Source: Gemmatimonadota bacterium (GTDB taxonomy: Bacteria; Latescibacterota; UBA2968; UBA8231). From it: 64,000 nucleotides of DNA. How positions within the stretch are numbered: the stretch's first letter is position 1; each line of letters starts with the position of its first letter. This document shows positions 54,965 through 64,000 of the stretch, one piece after another. The stretch spans positions 17,255-81,254 of the forward strand of contig JAYPJE010000015.1 in the NCBI GenBank assembly GCA_038128265.1, in the 5' to 3' direction. Under the pieces are notes generated by a model, which had not been told where the DNA came from, searched no databases, and saw only the letters and a list, made by a program, of their open reading frames with translations. The position numbers and the translations under genes were made by a program.

Positions 54965-57709
54965 ATGATCAGAGTCTGGATACTGCTCGCTGCGTTCGGC
55001 GCAGCGGCGTGGGCAGAAGGTGCTATCGCGCACGCGAAGGCGACCGCAGCACTGCTGCAGGAGAGTGCCACTGCGCGCGGTCGCGTGCACGCACTGACGG
55101 TATTCGCCCACTTTGGCGACGAAGCCGATCTGGTCGGCTCCCAAGTGCCGGCCTTTGCCGACGATCTGTTTGACGAAAATGTGCCCGGCAGCGTATCCCA
55201 TTTCTACCGTGAGATGTCGCGCGGGCAGTTTCTGATCAGCGGCGAGGTGCTGCCGCGCTGGTATGGGGGGCGCGGGTCTGCCAGTCGCTACATAGAGCCT
55301 GCGGGTAGCTATGCCGACTTGGCCCAGGAGGTGATCGAGGCGGTCGATGGCGAAGTCGACCTCGGACTCTATGACAACGACGGGCCGGATGGCGTGCCCA
55401 ATTCGGGTGACGACGACGGCTATGTCGATTTCCTGTTTATCGTAATGCGCAGCACTCCGCCGGGTTTTATTGTCGCCGAAGCAACGGGCATTGCGCGTTT
55501 GGGGTTGGGTAGTGACTATCGCAGCAACGACGTATCGCTATCGGGTGGCAATATACGCATTCGCGCCGATAGTTCGAGTCGCGGCCCCGGTGGCGCACTA
55601 CAGCAAGGCCGCAATTTCGAAGAGGCTGTAGGCAGTATGGCGCACGAATTCGGTCACTATTTTCGCCTGCCCGACCTCTACGATACGAGCAGCTTAGATG
55701 ACGATGCGAGCCCGGAGGAAAACTCGGCAGGTATCGGTTATTGGGGTATCATGGGACACGGCAATCGCGGCTGGAACGAGCGCGGCGGTCCCAACCCATT
55801 TTCCGTCTGGTCGTTGGCTCAGCTCGGCTGGCTCGGCGTGGAAAATGCACAGCTCGAGGTAGTATACGAGGACATGGTTGACGCCGAATTGCGCGATGTG
55901 AACGCGGGCGGCACGGTCTACCTGCTGCCCGAGTCGACGGGTCAGGGCTATTACCTGGTCGAATACCGCAGCCGTCGCACCAGCTACTACGAGCGCAATC
56001 TGCCGGCCGAAGGGCTGCTCATTTGGTATATAAACCCGCTGGCAGCCGACAATCGGGACGAGGCCAATCGCCTGGTCGAACTGGTATGTGCCGACGGACA
56101 ATACGCCGATGCTGGGTTTCCCCTGGGCGTGCGCCCTGCGCCGTTTGACGGGCGCGACAACCTCGATTTCTGGTCTGCAGACGAAGCCTATCGCAGTCGG
56201 TTTGGCGGCAATTTAGGCGATGCGACAGACGTGTGGGACGGGGTGCGCTATACGGACTTTTGGGCCGCTTCCAATCCGGCTGCGAGTGCCGGTATTTCCG
56301 TGACAAACATACGCGCACTCGGCGACCGTATGCTGGCCGATATACGCGTTACAGACGAGCGTCGCGCGGGAACGGTCGCGCAGAGTCAGGTTTGGCGCGG
56401 CCGCATTGATCTGGTGGGCGACATTCGCGTGCTACCCGGCGTGCGCCTTGAGCTAGCCGAGGGAACGCACATTGCCGTGGGGCGCGATACGCTGGGCACG
56501 GGCAACGACGCGTCGCGTATTGAAATAGCGGTGCTGGGGCAGTTGATCAGCAATGTGACGGGGCGCGATAGCGTGACTATTACCTCGGCGTTGCCAAATC
56601 CCGCTCCGGGCGATTGGGCTGGTATTAGCATGGGGCCTTTCGCCCGTGCGTTCATGCGGCGCACGCGCATTGAATACGCACAGACGGCCCTGCAGGCGAC
56701 CGGCCTAGCGCTGCGCGCCGATGAGAGTGGACGCGGCATTCAGGTATTGGCTTTGGAAGAAGTCGACATAAGCGACGCGCGCGATGATGGCATACGCCTG
56801 AGCGACATCGGTGAGCCGCTGAGCTTCAACCAACTCGGGGTGCGGCGGGTTGGCGGCATCGGTCTGTCGGTTGAAGGCGCGGGGTTGGTTCGCATCAACG
56901 ACGCCGTGTTTGAAGACAATGCAGGTGGTGGCCTGCTGCGCGAGGGCGGATTTGTTGAGCTACTAGAGAGTCGCTTTACCGATAACGGCTTGGCGGTAGA
57001 GGAGGGGGCAAATGTGCATTTGGGAAACGAGGTCTTCGGTCAGGTGCGCGACAATGCGTTCTCCGGTGGGGTTGGACTGTACTGCACGGAGTGCAAAGAC
57101 GTCGTCATTGCCGACAACGCCTTTAGTGATTACCGCATTGGCCTGCGCATTGTTAACTCGCAGCCGCGCGTATATTCCAACCAGTTTAGCCGCGGCCAGC
57201 TAGCGATGCAGATCAGAGGCAGCGTCGTGCCGGTGCGCCTCGATCTCAACGTAGTCCAGGACAGCGAGCGCTTACTCGATAGCGAGAGCAGCCGCCAGGT
57301 TGTCGCCGCCAACAATTGGTGGGGGAGCGACGATGCAGCGTGGATTGAGCAGCGCATCAGCGGACTCGTGCAGTGGCGACCCTTCCTCAACTTCGACCCC
57401 CGTGCACCTCTCGACTTTGCGCTGCGCCAGAACTATCCCAACCCCTTCAATGCCAGCACGGTTATCGAGTATCAAATTGGCATTAACGATCCGATTATTG
57501 GCGGTCGCACGCGGGCCGTATTGGAAGTGCGGAATATCGCGGGCCTGCTCGTTCGCCGCCTCGTTGACGAATTGGCCTCGCCAGGTTTTTATTCCGTTCA
57601 GTGGGATGGCCACAACGATGCGGGTCAATCTGTGGCGAGCGGCGTATATTACTATACGCTGGACATTGGCCCGATTACTCAGTATCGCAAGCTGCTCTTT
57701 CTCAAGTAG
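54965..57709 (+). CDS. Secreted M6 metalloprotease with beta-helix repeats and C-terminal FlgD-Ig/sorting domain (paralogue of 35161-38508)
   Basis: Signal peptide; HEFGHYFRLPDLYD, WGIMG, YYLVEYR; QNYPNPFN...WDGHNDAGQSVASGVYYY. Confidence 0.87.
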   Translation: MIRVWILLAAFGAAAWAEGAIAHAKATAALLQESATARGRVHALTVFAHFGDEADLVGSQVPAFADDLFDENVPGSVSHFYREMSRGQFLISGEVLPRWYGGRGSASRYIEPAGSYADLAQEVIEAVDGEVDLGLYDNDGPDGVPNSGDDDGYVDFLFIVMRSTPPGFIVAEATGIARLGLGSDYRSNDVSLSGGNIRIRADSSSRGPGGALQQGRNFEEAVGSMAHEFGHYFRLPDLYDTSSLDDDASPEENSAGIGYWGIMGHGNRGWNERGGPNPFSVWSLAQLGWLGVENAQLEVVYEDMVDAELRDVNAGGTVYLLPESTGQGYYLVEYRSRRTSYYERNLPAEGLLIWYINPLAADNRDEANRLVELVCADGQYADAGFPLGVRPAPFDGRDNLDFWSADEAYRSRFGGNLGDATDVWDGVRYTDFWAASNPAASAGISVTNIRALGDRMLADIRVTDERRAGTVAQSQVWRGRIDLVGDIRVLPGVRLELAEGTHIAVGRDTLGTGNDASRIEIAVLGQLISNVTGRDSVTITSALPNPAPGDWAGISMGPFARAFMRRTRIEYAQTALQATGLALRADESGRGIQVLALEEVDISDARDDGIRLSDIGEPLSFNQLGVRRVGGIGLSVEGAGLVRINDAVFEDNAGGGLLREGGFVELLESRFTDNGLAVEEGANVHLGNEVFGQVRDNAFSGGVGLYCTECKDVVIADNAFSDYRIGLRIVNSQPRVYSNQFSRGQLAMQIRGSVVPVRLDLNVVQDSERLLDSESSRQVVAANNWWGSDDAAWIEQRISGLVQWRPFLNFDPRAPLDFALRQNYPNPFNASTVIEYQIGINDPIIGGRTRAVLEVRNIAGLLVRRLVDELASPGFYSVQWDGHNDAGQSVASGVYYYTLDIGPITQYRKLLFLK

Positions 57710-57905
57710 TTGGCGCAGGGGGAATAAACTTCCTGCACCGCGGCGTTGGGTGCGGTGACGGCGCCGAGACGAGACCGCGAGGGATCGGGCTTCTCTCCCT
57801 TTTGCACGCTATATGTAGTGCACTGCGCAGGGGAGGTAAAAACGCGAAAAAAACACCTTATAACACTCACCAAATCTCCTTTAACTATTTTATTTTTCTA
57901 AAGAT

Positions 57906-59465
57906 ATGCATGTCGAAGTCGATTATTTAGTCATAGGCAGTGGCGTCGCTGGCCTTTTTTTTGCTATACAGGCATCGGAGCGTGGCCGCGTTGCCGTAGT
58001 GACCAAGCGCGGGCGCCTCGAGTCCAACACGCGCTATGCCCAGGGAGGGATTGCCGTCGTGGTGGACGAGTGCGACTCGGTGGCCAGTCACGCGCGCGAT
58101 ACGCTGTCCTCAGGGGCGGGCCTATGCCGCGCCGATATCGTCGAGGGCGTGATTGCCGAAGGTCCCGAAGTCGTAGGTCAGCTCATTGAGTTGGGTGCGC
58201 GCTTTACGCGCGATGCGTCCGGCGAGCTATCGCTGGCGCGCGAGGGGGGGCACGAATGGGCCCGCGTTGTGCGCGCTGACGATATGACCGGACGCGAAGT
58301 GGCGCGCGCATTGGTGGCGGCGGCCGAAGAGCGACCTGCCATACGCCTGCTCGACGAGCATATGGCCGCCGATCTGATACTGGACGACGATGGTCGCTGC
58401 TGTGGGGCACTCGTTTTCAATGGGGAAACGGGCGATTGGGGGTCGGTATATGCCGGCGCAACAATGCTGGCAACAGGCGGCTGTGGACAGGCTTTTTTGC
58501 ACACGACCAACCCACCCATTGCCAACGGCGATGGTATCGCCATGGCATGGCGCGCTGGGGCGGACGTCGGCAATATGGAATTTGTGCAGTTTCACCCGAC
58601 GATGTTTTTCGATCCGGGTGGACCAGCCTTCCTAATTACGGAAGCGCTGCGCGGACATGGTGCACTGCTGGTTAATGGTCGAGGAGAATCGTTTGTCGAC
58701 CCGCTGCAGACGCGCGATGTCGTGACGCGGGAAATTGTTCGACAAATGGCCCTAAGCGGCGACGCGTGCGCCTATCTGGACGCTACGGGCAGCGATGTAG
58801 GAGAGACGAAAGAGCGCTTTCCCAATATCTATCGATACTGCCTTGAGCGCGGCGTCGATATAGGGCATCAGCGCCTGCCGGTAGTACCGGCCGCACACTA
58901 CAGCTGCGGTGGGGTATGGACCGACGCGCATGGCCAGACGACGGTGCCGGGCCTATACGCGGCCGGCGAAGTGGCGATGAGCGGTTTTCACGGCGCCAAT
59001 CGCCTAGCGAGCAATTCGCTGTTGGAAGGGCTGGTCTTTGCGCGCCGCGCCGTTCGCCACGTGGGTGTTCCCGCGGCGGTGAAAAGGCCGACGGCATCGC
59101 TCTGGCGCGGTCCGCTATACAAAGAGGAACTGCTGGCGGCACGGCGCGATGAGGTGAGGCGGCTGATGTGGGATGATGTCGGCATCGAGCGCAGCGATGC
59201 AAGCCTGGCACGCGCCTGCGGGCGCCTGGTGGGACTGCGCGAAGAGATAGAGGAGTTATACCGGTTTCACGGTGCGCATGCGCAACTGGTACAGATGCGC
59301 AATCTGGTTACCGTGGCCGATTTAATAGCGCGTTCGGCGCGCTGGCGACAGGAAAGTCGCGGCTGTCATTACAACACCGATCACGCCGAGCGCGACGACG
59401 TTCACTGGCGCTGCGAGACGCTGCTGAAGGCCAGCGGCGTAATAGCAAAAGGTTGCGAGTTATGA
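57906..59465 (+). CDS. nadB: L-aspartate oxidase
   Basis: VIGSGVAG, SNTRYAQGGIA, REGGH, EFVQFHPT, LITEALRG, AHYSCGG, HGANRLASNSLLEGLVF, ESRGCH. Confidence 0.93.
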   Translation: MHVEVDYLVIGSGVAGLFFAIQASERGRVAVVTKRGRLESNTRYAQGGIAVVVDECDSVASHARDTLSSGAGLCRADIVEGVIAEGPEVVGQLIELGARFTRDASGELSLAREGGHEWARVVRADDMTGREVARALVAAAEERPAIRLLDEHMAADLILDDDGRCCGALVFNGETGDWGSVYAGATMLATGGCGQAFLHTTNPPIANGDGIAMAWRAGADVGNMEFVQFHPTMFFDPGGPAFLITEALRGHGALLVNGRGESFVDPLQTRDVVTREIVRQMALSGDACAYLDATGSDVGETKERFPNIYRYCLERGVDIGHQRLPVVPAAHYSCGGVWTDAHGQTTVPGLYAAGEVAMSGFHGANRLASNSLLEGLVFARRAVRHVGVPAAVKRPTASLWRGPLYKEELLAARRDEVRRLMWDDVGIERSDASLARACGRLVGLREEIEELYRFHGAHAQLVQMRNLVTVADLIARSARWRQESRGCHYNTDHAERDDVHWRCETLLKASGVIAKGCEL

Positions 59466-60520
59466 AAAAGTGGTTGCTAATACTGGCTACGATAGGTTGT
59501 GTCGCTCCCGTTTATGCGGGAGAGGCGCTGGTCACCCGCGTGCGCGGCTCGGTGCTGACCATTGATGCCGGCGCTGAAGGAGGGCTGATCAAGGGGTTAG
59601 CGGTCGACATCGTCCGTCCACCCGGAGAGGCCATTATTCACCCGATAACGGGGGAAAACCTCGGCGCACCGGAAATGGTGATCGGCAGAGGCGAAATTTC
59701 CAAGACGTCGAATCGGGCCGCCAACATACAGGTCGAACCGGGTCTGCTGCTGTCCGTGCGGCCCGGCGACTTTGTGCGCTTTACCACGCCACAGGAAGAA
59801 ATGCTCATCGATCAGGAGCGCACTGTGGCTACGCAGGAGAAAAACCAGGAAGAGCACCAGGGCTTTCGCAACGAAATAGCGCGCCTGACGCGCAGTATAA
59901 AAAGCGTGCAGGGGCGCATCGGTGGCTTGGAACAGATGATGAAGCGCGTCGAGCGCGTCGAAGAGGGCTTCCGCGTCCAGCTGCGCGGTATTAATACCGA
60001 CATGAACGTCATGAAGGAAGACATCGTCGATCTAAAAGAAGCGGTGTCGCTTATGGGCTCGGTGCCCGTTGCGGGTCTGGAAGGTGAAATGGCCGCTGAA
60101 CCGGTCGACCTGAGCTCGGATGAGAGCGTCGAACAGATTCGCCAAATCGTGCGCACCGTCATAGAAGAGTCGCAGCCGGCGGTGCCGCCGGTCAGTCAGG
60201 AAGAGCTGGCCTTGCCCGACGAAACGACGCTCGATGGTTCGCTCGAAGAGGAAGAATTGGAGAGTGAGGAAGGGGAAGAAGAGGATCCATTCTACCTGCA
60301 AACCTGGTTTATCGGTTTGCTCGCTGCGATCGGCATTATTGGAGTGGCCGCATTTTTCTACATGCGCATGATGGCCAACGACGGCGAAGACGAAGAGGAT
60401 GAGGAAGACGAAGAAATCGTCGATGACGACGATTTAGACGACGATGACGATGATCTAGACATGGATGACCTAGATATGGACGACGAAGAAGACGACATCA
60501 TTGTCGAGGAAACTTCATAA
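59462..60520 (+). CDS. Hypothetical single-pass membrane protein: FlgT_C-like domain, coiled coil, acidic tail
   Basis: Signal peptide, IDAG..GL..G...HPITGENLG domain, heptad region, TM WFIGLLAAIGIIGVAAFFY, D/E tail; ATGA overlap with nadB. Confidence 0.8.
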   Translation: MKKWLLILATIGCVAPVYAGEALVTRVRGSVLTIDAGAEGGLIKGLAVDIVRPPGEAIIHPITGENLGAPEMVIGRGEISKTSNRAANIQVEPGLLLSVRPGDFVRFTTPQEEMLIDQERTVATQEKNQEEHQGFRNEIARLTRSIKSVQGRIGGLEQMMKRVERVEEGFRVQLRGINTDMNVMKEDIVDLKEAVSLMGSVPVAGLEGEMAAEPVDLSSDESVEQIRQIVRTVIEESQPAVPPVSQEELALPDETTLDGSLEEEELESEEGEEEDPFYLQTWFIGLLAAIGIIGVAAFFYMRMMANDGEDEEDEEDEEIVDDDDLDDDDDDLDMDDLDMDDEEDDIIVEETS

Positions 60521-60553
60521 GGTGTTAAGGCACCACTGCCCAAGGTAATTACC

Positions 60554-61360
60554 ATGTTTGCAAAATCGATCATAGGCCTGCTGCTAGTTGCCCTTGCCGT
60601 TGAACCGCGTGCCGCCGAGGCACAGGGCACTCCGCCAGCTTCTGAAAACGGCTTTATCATCCGCGTTATGGATCGCCTGTTGTTTATCGATATGGGGCGT
60701 CAAGATGGCGTGCGCGAAGGCGATATCTTCGATATTGTCGACGCCGAAGTTGTAACGCATCCGCTGAGCGGCGATACGCTTTCGGTGACACCGCGCAGCG
60801 TGGGGGCCCTGCGCGTGCGTCAGGTATATCCCAAAATGGCGCTCGCCGAGCTCATGCACATCATGGCGGCGCGCGATCCTATGCTCATGCGCATCGCGCC
60901 GATACAGGATCCAGAGCGCCTGCTCGAAGTGGAGCGCTTCCTCAAGCAAAACCCCATGGATGGTGGGCCTTCGCGGCGTTCGGCGCTGCTGCCGGGACTC
61001 TACCAATTCCGCATGGGCAGTCGATGGAAGGGCTTGGGGCTGTTGGGTACGGAATTGGCGGCGCTCGGCGCGGGGATAGCCTACCGGATGAGCAGCGACG
61101 ACTGGTTTAACCAGTATAGTGAGCTACCGCCGGGTTTGGCCCCCGATCGCTACGACTTTTACTTTGACGAAGCAAGCAGCCGGCGCTCGACGAGCAATCG
61201 CCTGTTTTGGCTGGCCGGAGCCGTCTATGCTTACAACTTGATCGACGTCATGTGGATGGGGAATAGCGGTATGTCGATGAAGGTGGACAAGGGCCTTTCT
61301 ATGGGTATGAGCTACAGTCGCGATGGTGCACCGCTGGTGCAGTTAATGCGCAGGTTCTGA
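60554..61360 (+). CDS. Hypothetical secreted/membrane protein with FlgT_C-like domain
   Basis: Signal peptide, IDMGRQDGV..GD...HPLSGDTL; C-terminal SALLPGLYQ...KG...YNLID; ends in F. Confidence 0.75.
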   Translation: MFAKSIIGLLLVALAVEPRAAEAQGTPPASENGFIIRVMDRLLFIDMGRQDGVREGDIFDIVDAEVVTHPLSGDTLSVTPRSVGALRVRQVYPKMALAELMHIMAARDPMLMRIAPIQDPERLLEVERFLKQNPMDGGPSRRSALLPGLYQFRMGSRWKGLGLLGTELAALGAGIAYRMSSDDWFNQYSELPPGLAPDRYDFYFDEASSRRSTSNRLFWLAGAVYAYNLIDVMWMGNSGMSMKVDKGLSMGMSYSRDGAPLVQLMRRF

Positions 61361-61368
61361 GGGACGCT

Positions 61369-61818
61369 ATGGCCAAGCTGAGTATTGGATGGGTGCTGTG
61401 CTGTTGCCTGCTTGCGTGCGGCAACTTTGAGCGGGGAAATCCCTACGATCCGAGCGGCGGTGGCGTAACCGATCTTACGGCGCTGCTGGTCGGCACGTGG
61501 AGCCGCGACGATGCCGAGAAAAACCAGGTTTACACCTTTAAAGAGGACGGTCGCGTGGAACTGCGTGACTACAGCGCGCCCGCCGGCGGGGTCGTCGATC
61601 GCAACGGTTCCTTCCCGCAGACGCTGGTGCTGAGTTTTGCCGGCACGTACATCTTGGTGGGAGATCTGCTGCGCATCAACTTCACGTCGGTGCAGAGCAA
61701 CGACCCAGCTGGACAGCTGCCAAGCCTGCGCGACAAAGTGGTCAACATCAAAATCGCTGGCAACGTGTTGACGATGGAAGAACTCGACGGCGACCGGGTG
61801 TATAAGAGGGGTTTGTAG
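61369..61818 (+). CDS. Hypothetical lipoprotein (lipocalin-like beta fold)
   Basis: Lipobox LLAC, NPYDP, LVGTW...YTF.EDG. Confidence 0.75.
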   Translation: MAKLSIGWVLCCCLLACGNFERGNPYDPSGGGVTDLTALLVGTWSRDDAEKNQVYTFKEDGRVELRDYSAPAGGVVDRNGSFPQTLVLSFAGTYILVGDLLRINFTSVQSNDPAGQLPSLRDKVVNIKIAGNVLTMEELDGDRVYKRGL

Positions 61819-61865
61819 AGGCCGCCGCGGACCCGATATACATCGCGTTACAACACCATTTGCAC

Positions 61866-61900
61866 AGAGCGCTCCGTTGGCATAGCGGGGCGCTTTTTTT
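61866..61900 (+). terminator. Intrinsic terminator
   Basis: AGCGCTCCG...CGGGGCGCT followed by a T run. Confidence 0.8.
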
Positions 61901-61954
61901 ATATTTTACGCCGCTCTTGTACCCCCTATATTGCCATTAAAAAGGACGTGTTCC

Positions 61955-63748
61955 GTGGGCATTGTCGTTATCGACTTTGGTGGTCAGTACGCCCACCTAA
62001 TCGCCAATCGCATTCGCCGTTTGCGCGTCTATGCCGAGATTCGCTCACCTCTGGTCGACGCCAGCGAGTTGGACGGAGCGGACGGCATCATACTATCCGG
62101 AGGGCCGGCCAGCGTCTACGACGAGCACGCCCCCGCCTTTAATACCGAAATACTGCATACAGGCAAGCCGCTGCTGGGCTTATGCTACGGTCATCAGCTT
62201 ATCTGCCAGGGCTTTGGCGGTCGCGTCGAGCCGGGTGACGTCAGCGAGTTTGGTGCCGCCTACCTCAACGTGCATAAGCGGGAAGAGCTCTTTAGTGGAT
62301 TGGCTGAGCGCGAGCTGGTGTGGATGAGCCATCGCGACAGCGTGGCCCAGCTGCCAGCGGGCTTTTCGGTATACGGCGCTACAGAAGACTGTCCGGTTGC
62401 GGCCATGGGTGATCCCGTCCGCCGAATATACGGCCTACAGTTTCATCCGGAGGTAACCCATTCAGAGCACGGCATGCAGATGCTGGATAACTTTCTGAAT
62501 TTGTGTGGTGCGGCGCGGGACTGGACGATGGACCAGTATATCGAGCAGGTCAAAGAGCGCGTGCAGGCGCAGACGGCGGGTCGCAAGGTGTTCCTATTGG
62601 TCAGCGGCGGCGTCGATTCATCGGTGGCATTTCTGCTGCTCAACCAGGCCTTGGGCGAAGACCGGGTGCTGGGGCTGCACATAGACAACGGCTTCATGCG
62701 CAAAGGCGAGACCGCGCTGGTTGAGCGCCTGATGAAAGATTCGGGTTTTCACAACCTGCAGGTAGTCGACGCCGGCGCCGACTTTTTGCGCGCGCTTGAA
62801 GGCGTGGCCGAGCCGGAGGAAAAGCGCCGCCTAATTGGCGAGGAATTTTTGCTGGTGCGCGATCGCGCGTTGGCCAGCCTCGAACTCGATCCAGAGGAGT
62901 GGCTGCTCGGTCAGGGCACGCTCTACACGGACACCATTGAATCGGGTGGCACGGACAACGCGGCCGTTATCAAGACGCACCACAACCGCGTCGGCGTAAT
63001 TGAAGAGCTGCTGGCCGAAGGCAAGGTCGTTGAGCCCCTAGACCAGCTATACAAAGACGAAGCGCGCGAACTTGGTGAAAAGCTGGGCCTGCCGCACCAT
63101 TTGGTATGGCGCCACCCCTTTCCCGGTCCTGGTTTGGGTGTGCGTGCGCTGTGCAGCGACGGCGATGAGCGCGTGAGTGGGTTGCAAGCGGCGGAGTCCA
63201 ATGCGCAGGAGATTGCGAAAAAATTCGGGTTAGCCTTAGAAATTCTACCGCTGCGCAGCGTGGGCGTGCAGGGCGATTCGCGCACCTATGCCCATCCCGC
63301 CGCAGTGTCGGGCGAGAGCGATTGGGCGACATTAGAAGAGCTGTCGACGGAGCTAACCAACAGTTTTGCAGCGATCAATCGCGTCATCTATCTGCTGGGT
63401 CCGCAGCAGAAGCCACCCCAGCAGGTGAAAAAGGGCTACCTGACGCGCGATCGGCTCGACCTGCTGCGCGAGGCCGATGCGATTGTTATGGACGCACTCG
63501 AGCGCCACGACCTGCTGCGCGAGGTAACGCAGATGCCAACCGTGTTGGTGCCGCTGTCATCGGACGGCGTGCAGGAAAGCATCGTGCTGCGCCCCATTTC
63601 AACGGACGATTTTATGACGGCCCGTTTTAGTCAGCTGCCGCAGGCCTTTATCGACGAGGTGCGCGATGCGCTGCTGGCCTTAGAAGGCATTGAAGCGGTG
63701 TTCTACGATATTACGCACAAGCCGCCGGGCACGGTCGAGTGGGAGTGA
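61955..63748 (+). CDS. guaA: GMP synthase (glutamine-hydrolysing), long form
   Basis: DFGGQY, SGGP, GLCYGHQ, QFHPE, SGGVDS, QGTL, KTHHN, HPFPGPGL, KPPGTVEWE; GTG start after AAAGGA. Confidence 0.96.
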   Translation: MGIVVIDFGGQYAHLIANRIRRLRVYAEIRSPLVDASELDGADGIILSGGPASVYDEHAPAFNTEILHTGKPLLGLCYGHQLICQGFGGRVEPGDVSEFGAAYLNVHKREELFSGLAERELVWMSHRDSVAQLPAGFSVYGATEDCPVAAMGDPVRRIYGLQFHPEVTHSEHGMQMLDNFLNLCGAARDWTMDQYIEQVKERVQAQTAGRKVFLLVSGGVDSSVAFLLLNQALGEDRVLGLHIDNGFMRKGETALVERLMKDSGFHNLQVVDAGADFLRALEGVAEPEEKRRLIGEEFLLVRDRALASLELDPEEWLLGQGTLYTDTIESGGTDNAAVIKTHHNRVGVIEELLAEGKVVEPLDQLYKDEARELGEKLGLPHHLVWRHPFPGPGLGVRALCSDGDERVSGLQAAESNAQEIAKKFGLALEILPLRSVGVQGDSRTYAHPAAVSGESDWATLEELSTELTNSFAAINRVIYLLGPQQKPPQQVKKGYLTRDRLDLLREADAIVMDALERHDLLREVTQMPTVLVPLSSDGVQESIVLRPISTDDFMTARFSQLPQAFIDEVRDALLALEGIEAVFYDITHKPPGTVEWE

Positions 63749-63783
63749 GTCGGCTCATTTTTTGCCAGCGCACCTATAGTGCC

Positions 63784-63821
63784 ATCGCCTTCCAGTCCGC
63801 AGACCGGAAGGCGATTTTTTT
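63784..63821 (+). terminator. Intrinsic terminator after guaA
   Basis: ATCGCCTTCC...GGAAGGCGAT followed by a T run. Confidence 0.85.
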
Positions 63822-63830
63822 GTTAGCTGG

Positions 63831-64000
63831 CTAAATGATATCGGCCGTGTTGGGATCGATACAAGATCCCTGCGGGCGGGTGCCCATGGGACGAGCTGGC
63901 AGCGCGTCATACGACGCGTAGGCGATGTCTAGGTAGGGCGTTTCCACGCGGCGGTGGCCCTCGTAGCGCGAGTTCATGACGGCGTCGATAATGCCGGTGG
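63831..64000 (-). CDS. C-terminal end of a hypothetical protein (continues beyond the window)
   Basis: Open frame ...TGIIDAVMNSRYEGHRRVETPYLDIAY...NTADII* converging on the guaA terminator. Confidence 0.6.
   Translation of the reverse strand, partial: TGIIDAVMNSRYEGHRRVETPYLDIAYASYDALPARPMGTRPQGSCIDPNTADII

Noticed and set aside
57710..57905. NAD-responsive riboswitch or operator upstream of nadB (hairpin GCAGG...CCTGC; TGCAC-N10-GTGCA)
   Set aside because: Short inverted repeats expected by chance; no match to a motif I can support.
60380..60500. GAC/GAT/GAA-rich repeats here and at 28201-28233 as a CRISPR or satellite array
   Set aside because: They are in-frame codons for acidic protein tracts, with no repeat-spacer structure.
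61819..61954. Purine riboswitch upstream of guaA
   Set aside because: Only a simple terminator hairpin is present; no purine-aptamer core recognised.

Overview
GC-rich (roughly 60-65% by eye) bacterial chromosomal segment with about 50 tightly packed genes. I found no rRNA, tRNA, CRISPR array or mobile element. The gene content (UBact proteasome operon, several PhyH dioxygenases, Gfo/Idh/MocA oxidoreductases, sulfatase, proteins with C-terminal YPNPFN/FlgD-type domains) suggests an uncultured Gram-negative lineage such as Ca. Latescibacterota/Handelsmanbacteria or Poribacteria; this is inference. The centrepiece is a complete non-actinobacterial Pup-like proteasome operon (arc-dop-ubact-prcB-prcA-pafA, 28174-34611). 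Its modifier ends in RTGE, it appears to share a transcript with signal peptidase I, and it is followed by a very basic orphan ORF. Other content: a sugar/amino-sugar catabolic region with an embedded octaheme cytochrome; a type II glutamine synthetase behind a sigma-54 promoter with repeats and a structured leader; two paralogous secreted M6 metalloproteases and a vanadium-haloperoxidase-like protein with C-terminal sorting-type domains; cyclic-nucleotide signalling genes; an uncharacterised envelope gene trio coupled to nadB; gatB; and a long eukaryote-like guaA. All calls come from motif recognition by eye, with no database searches.
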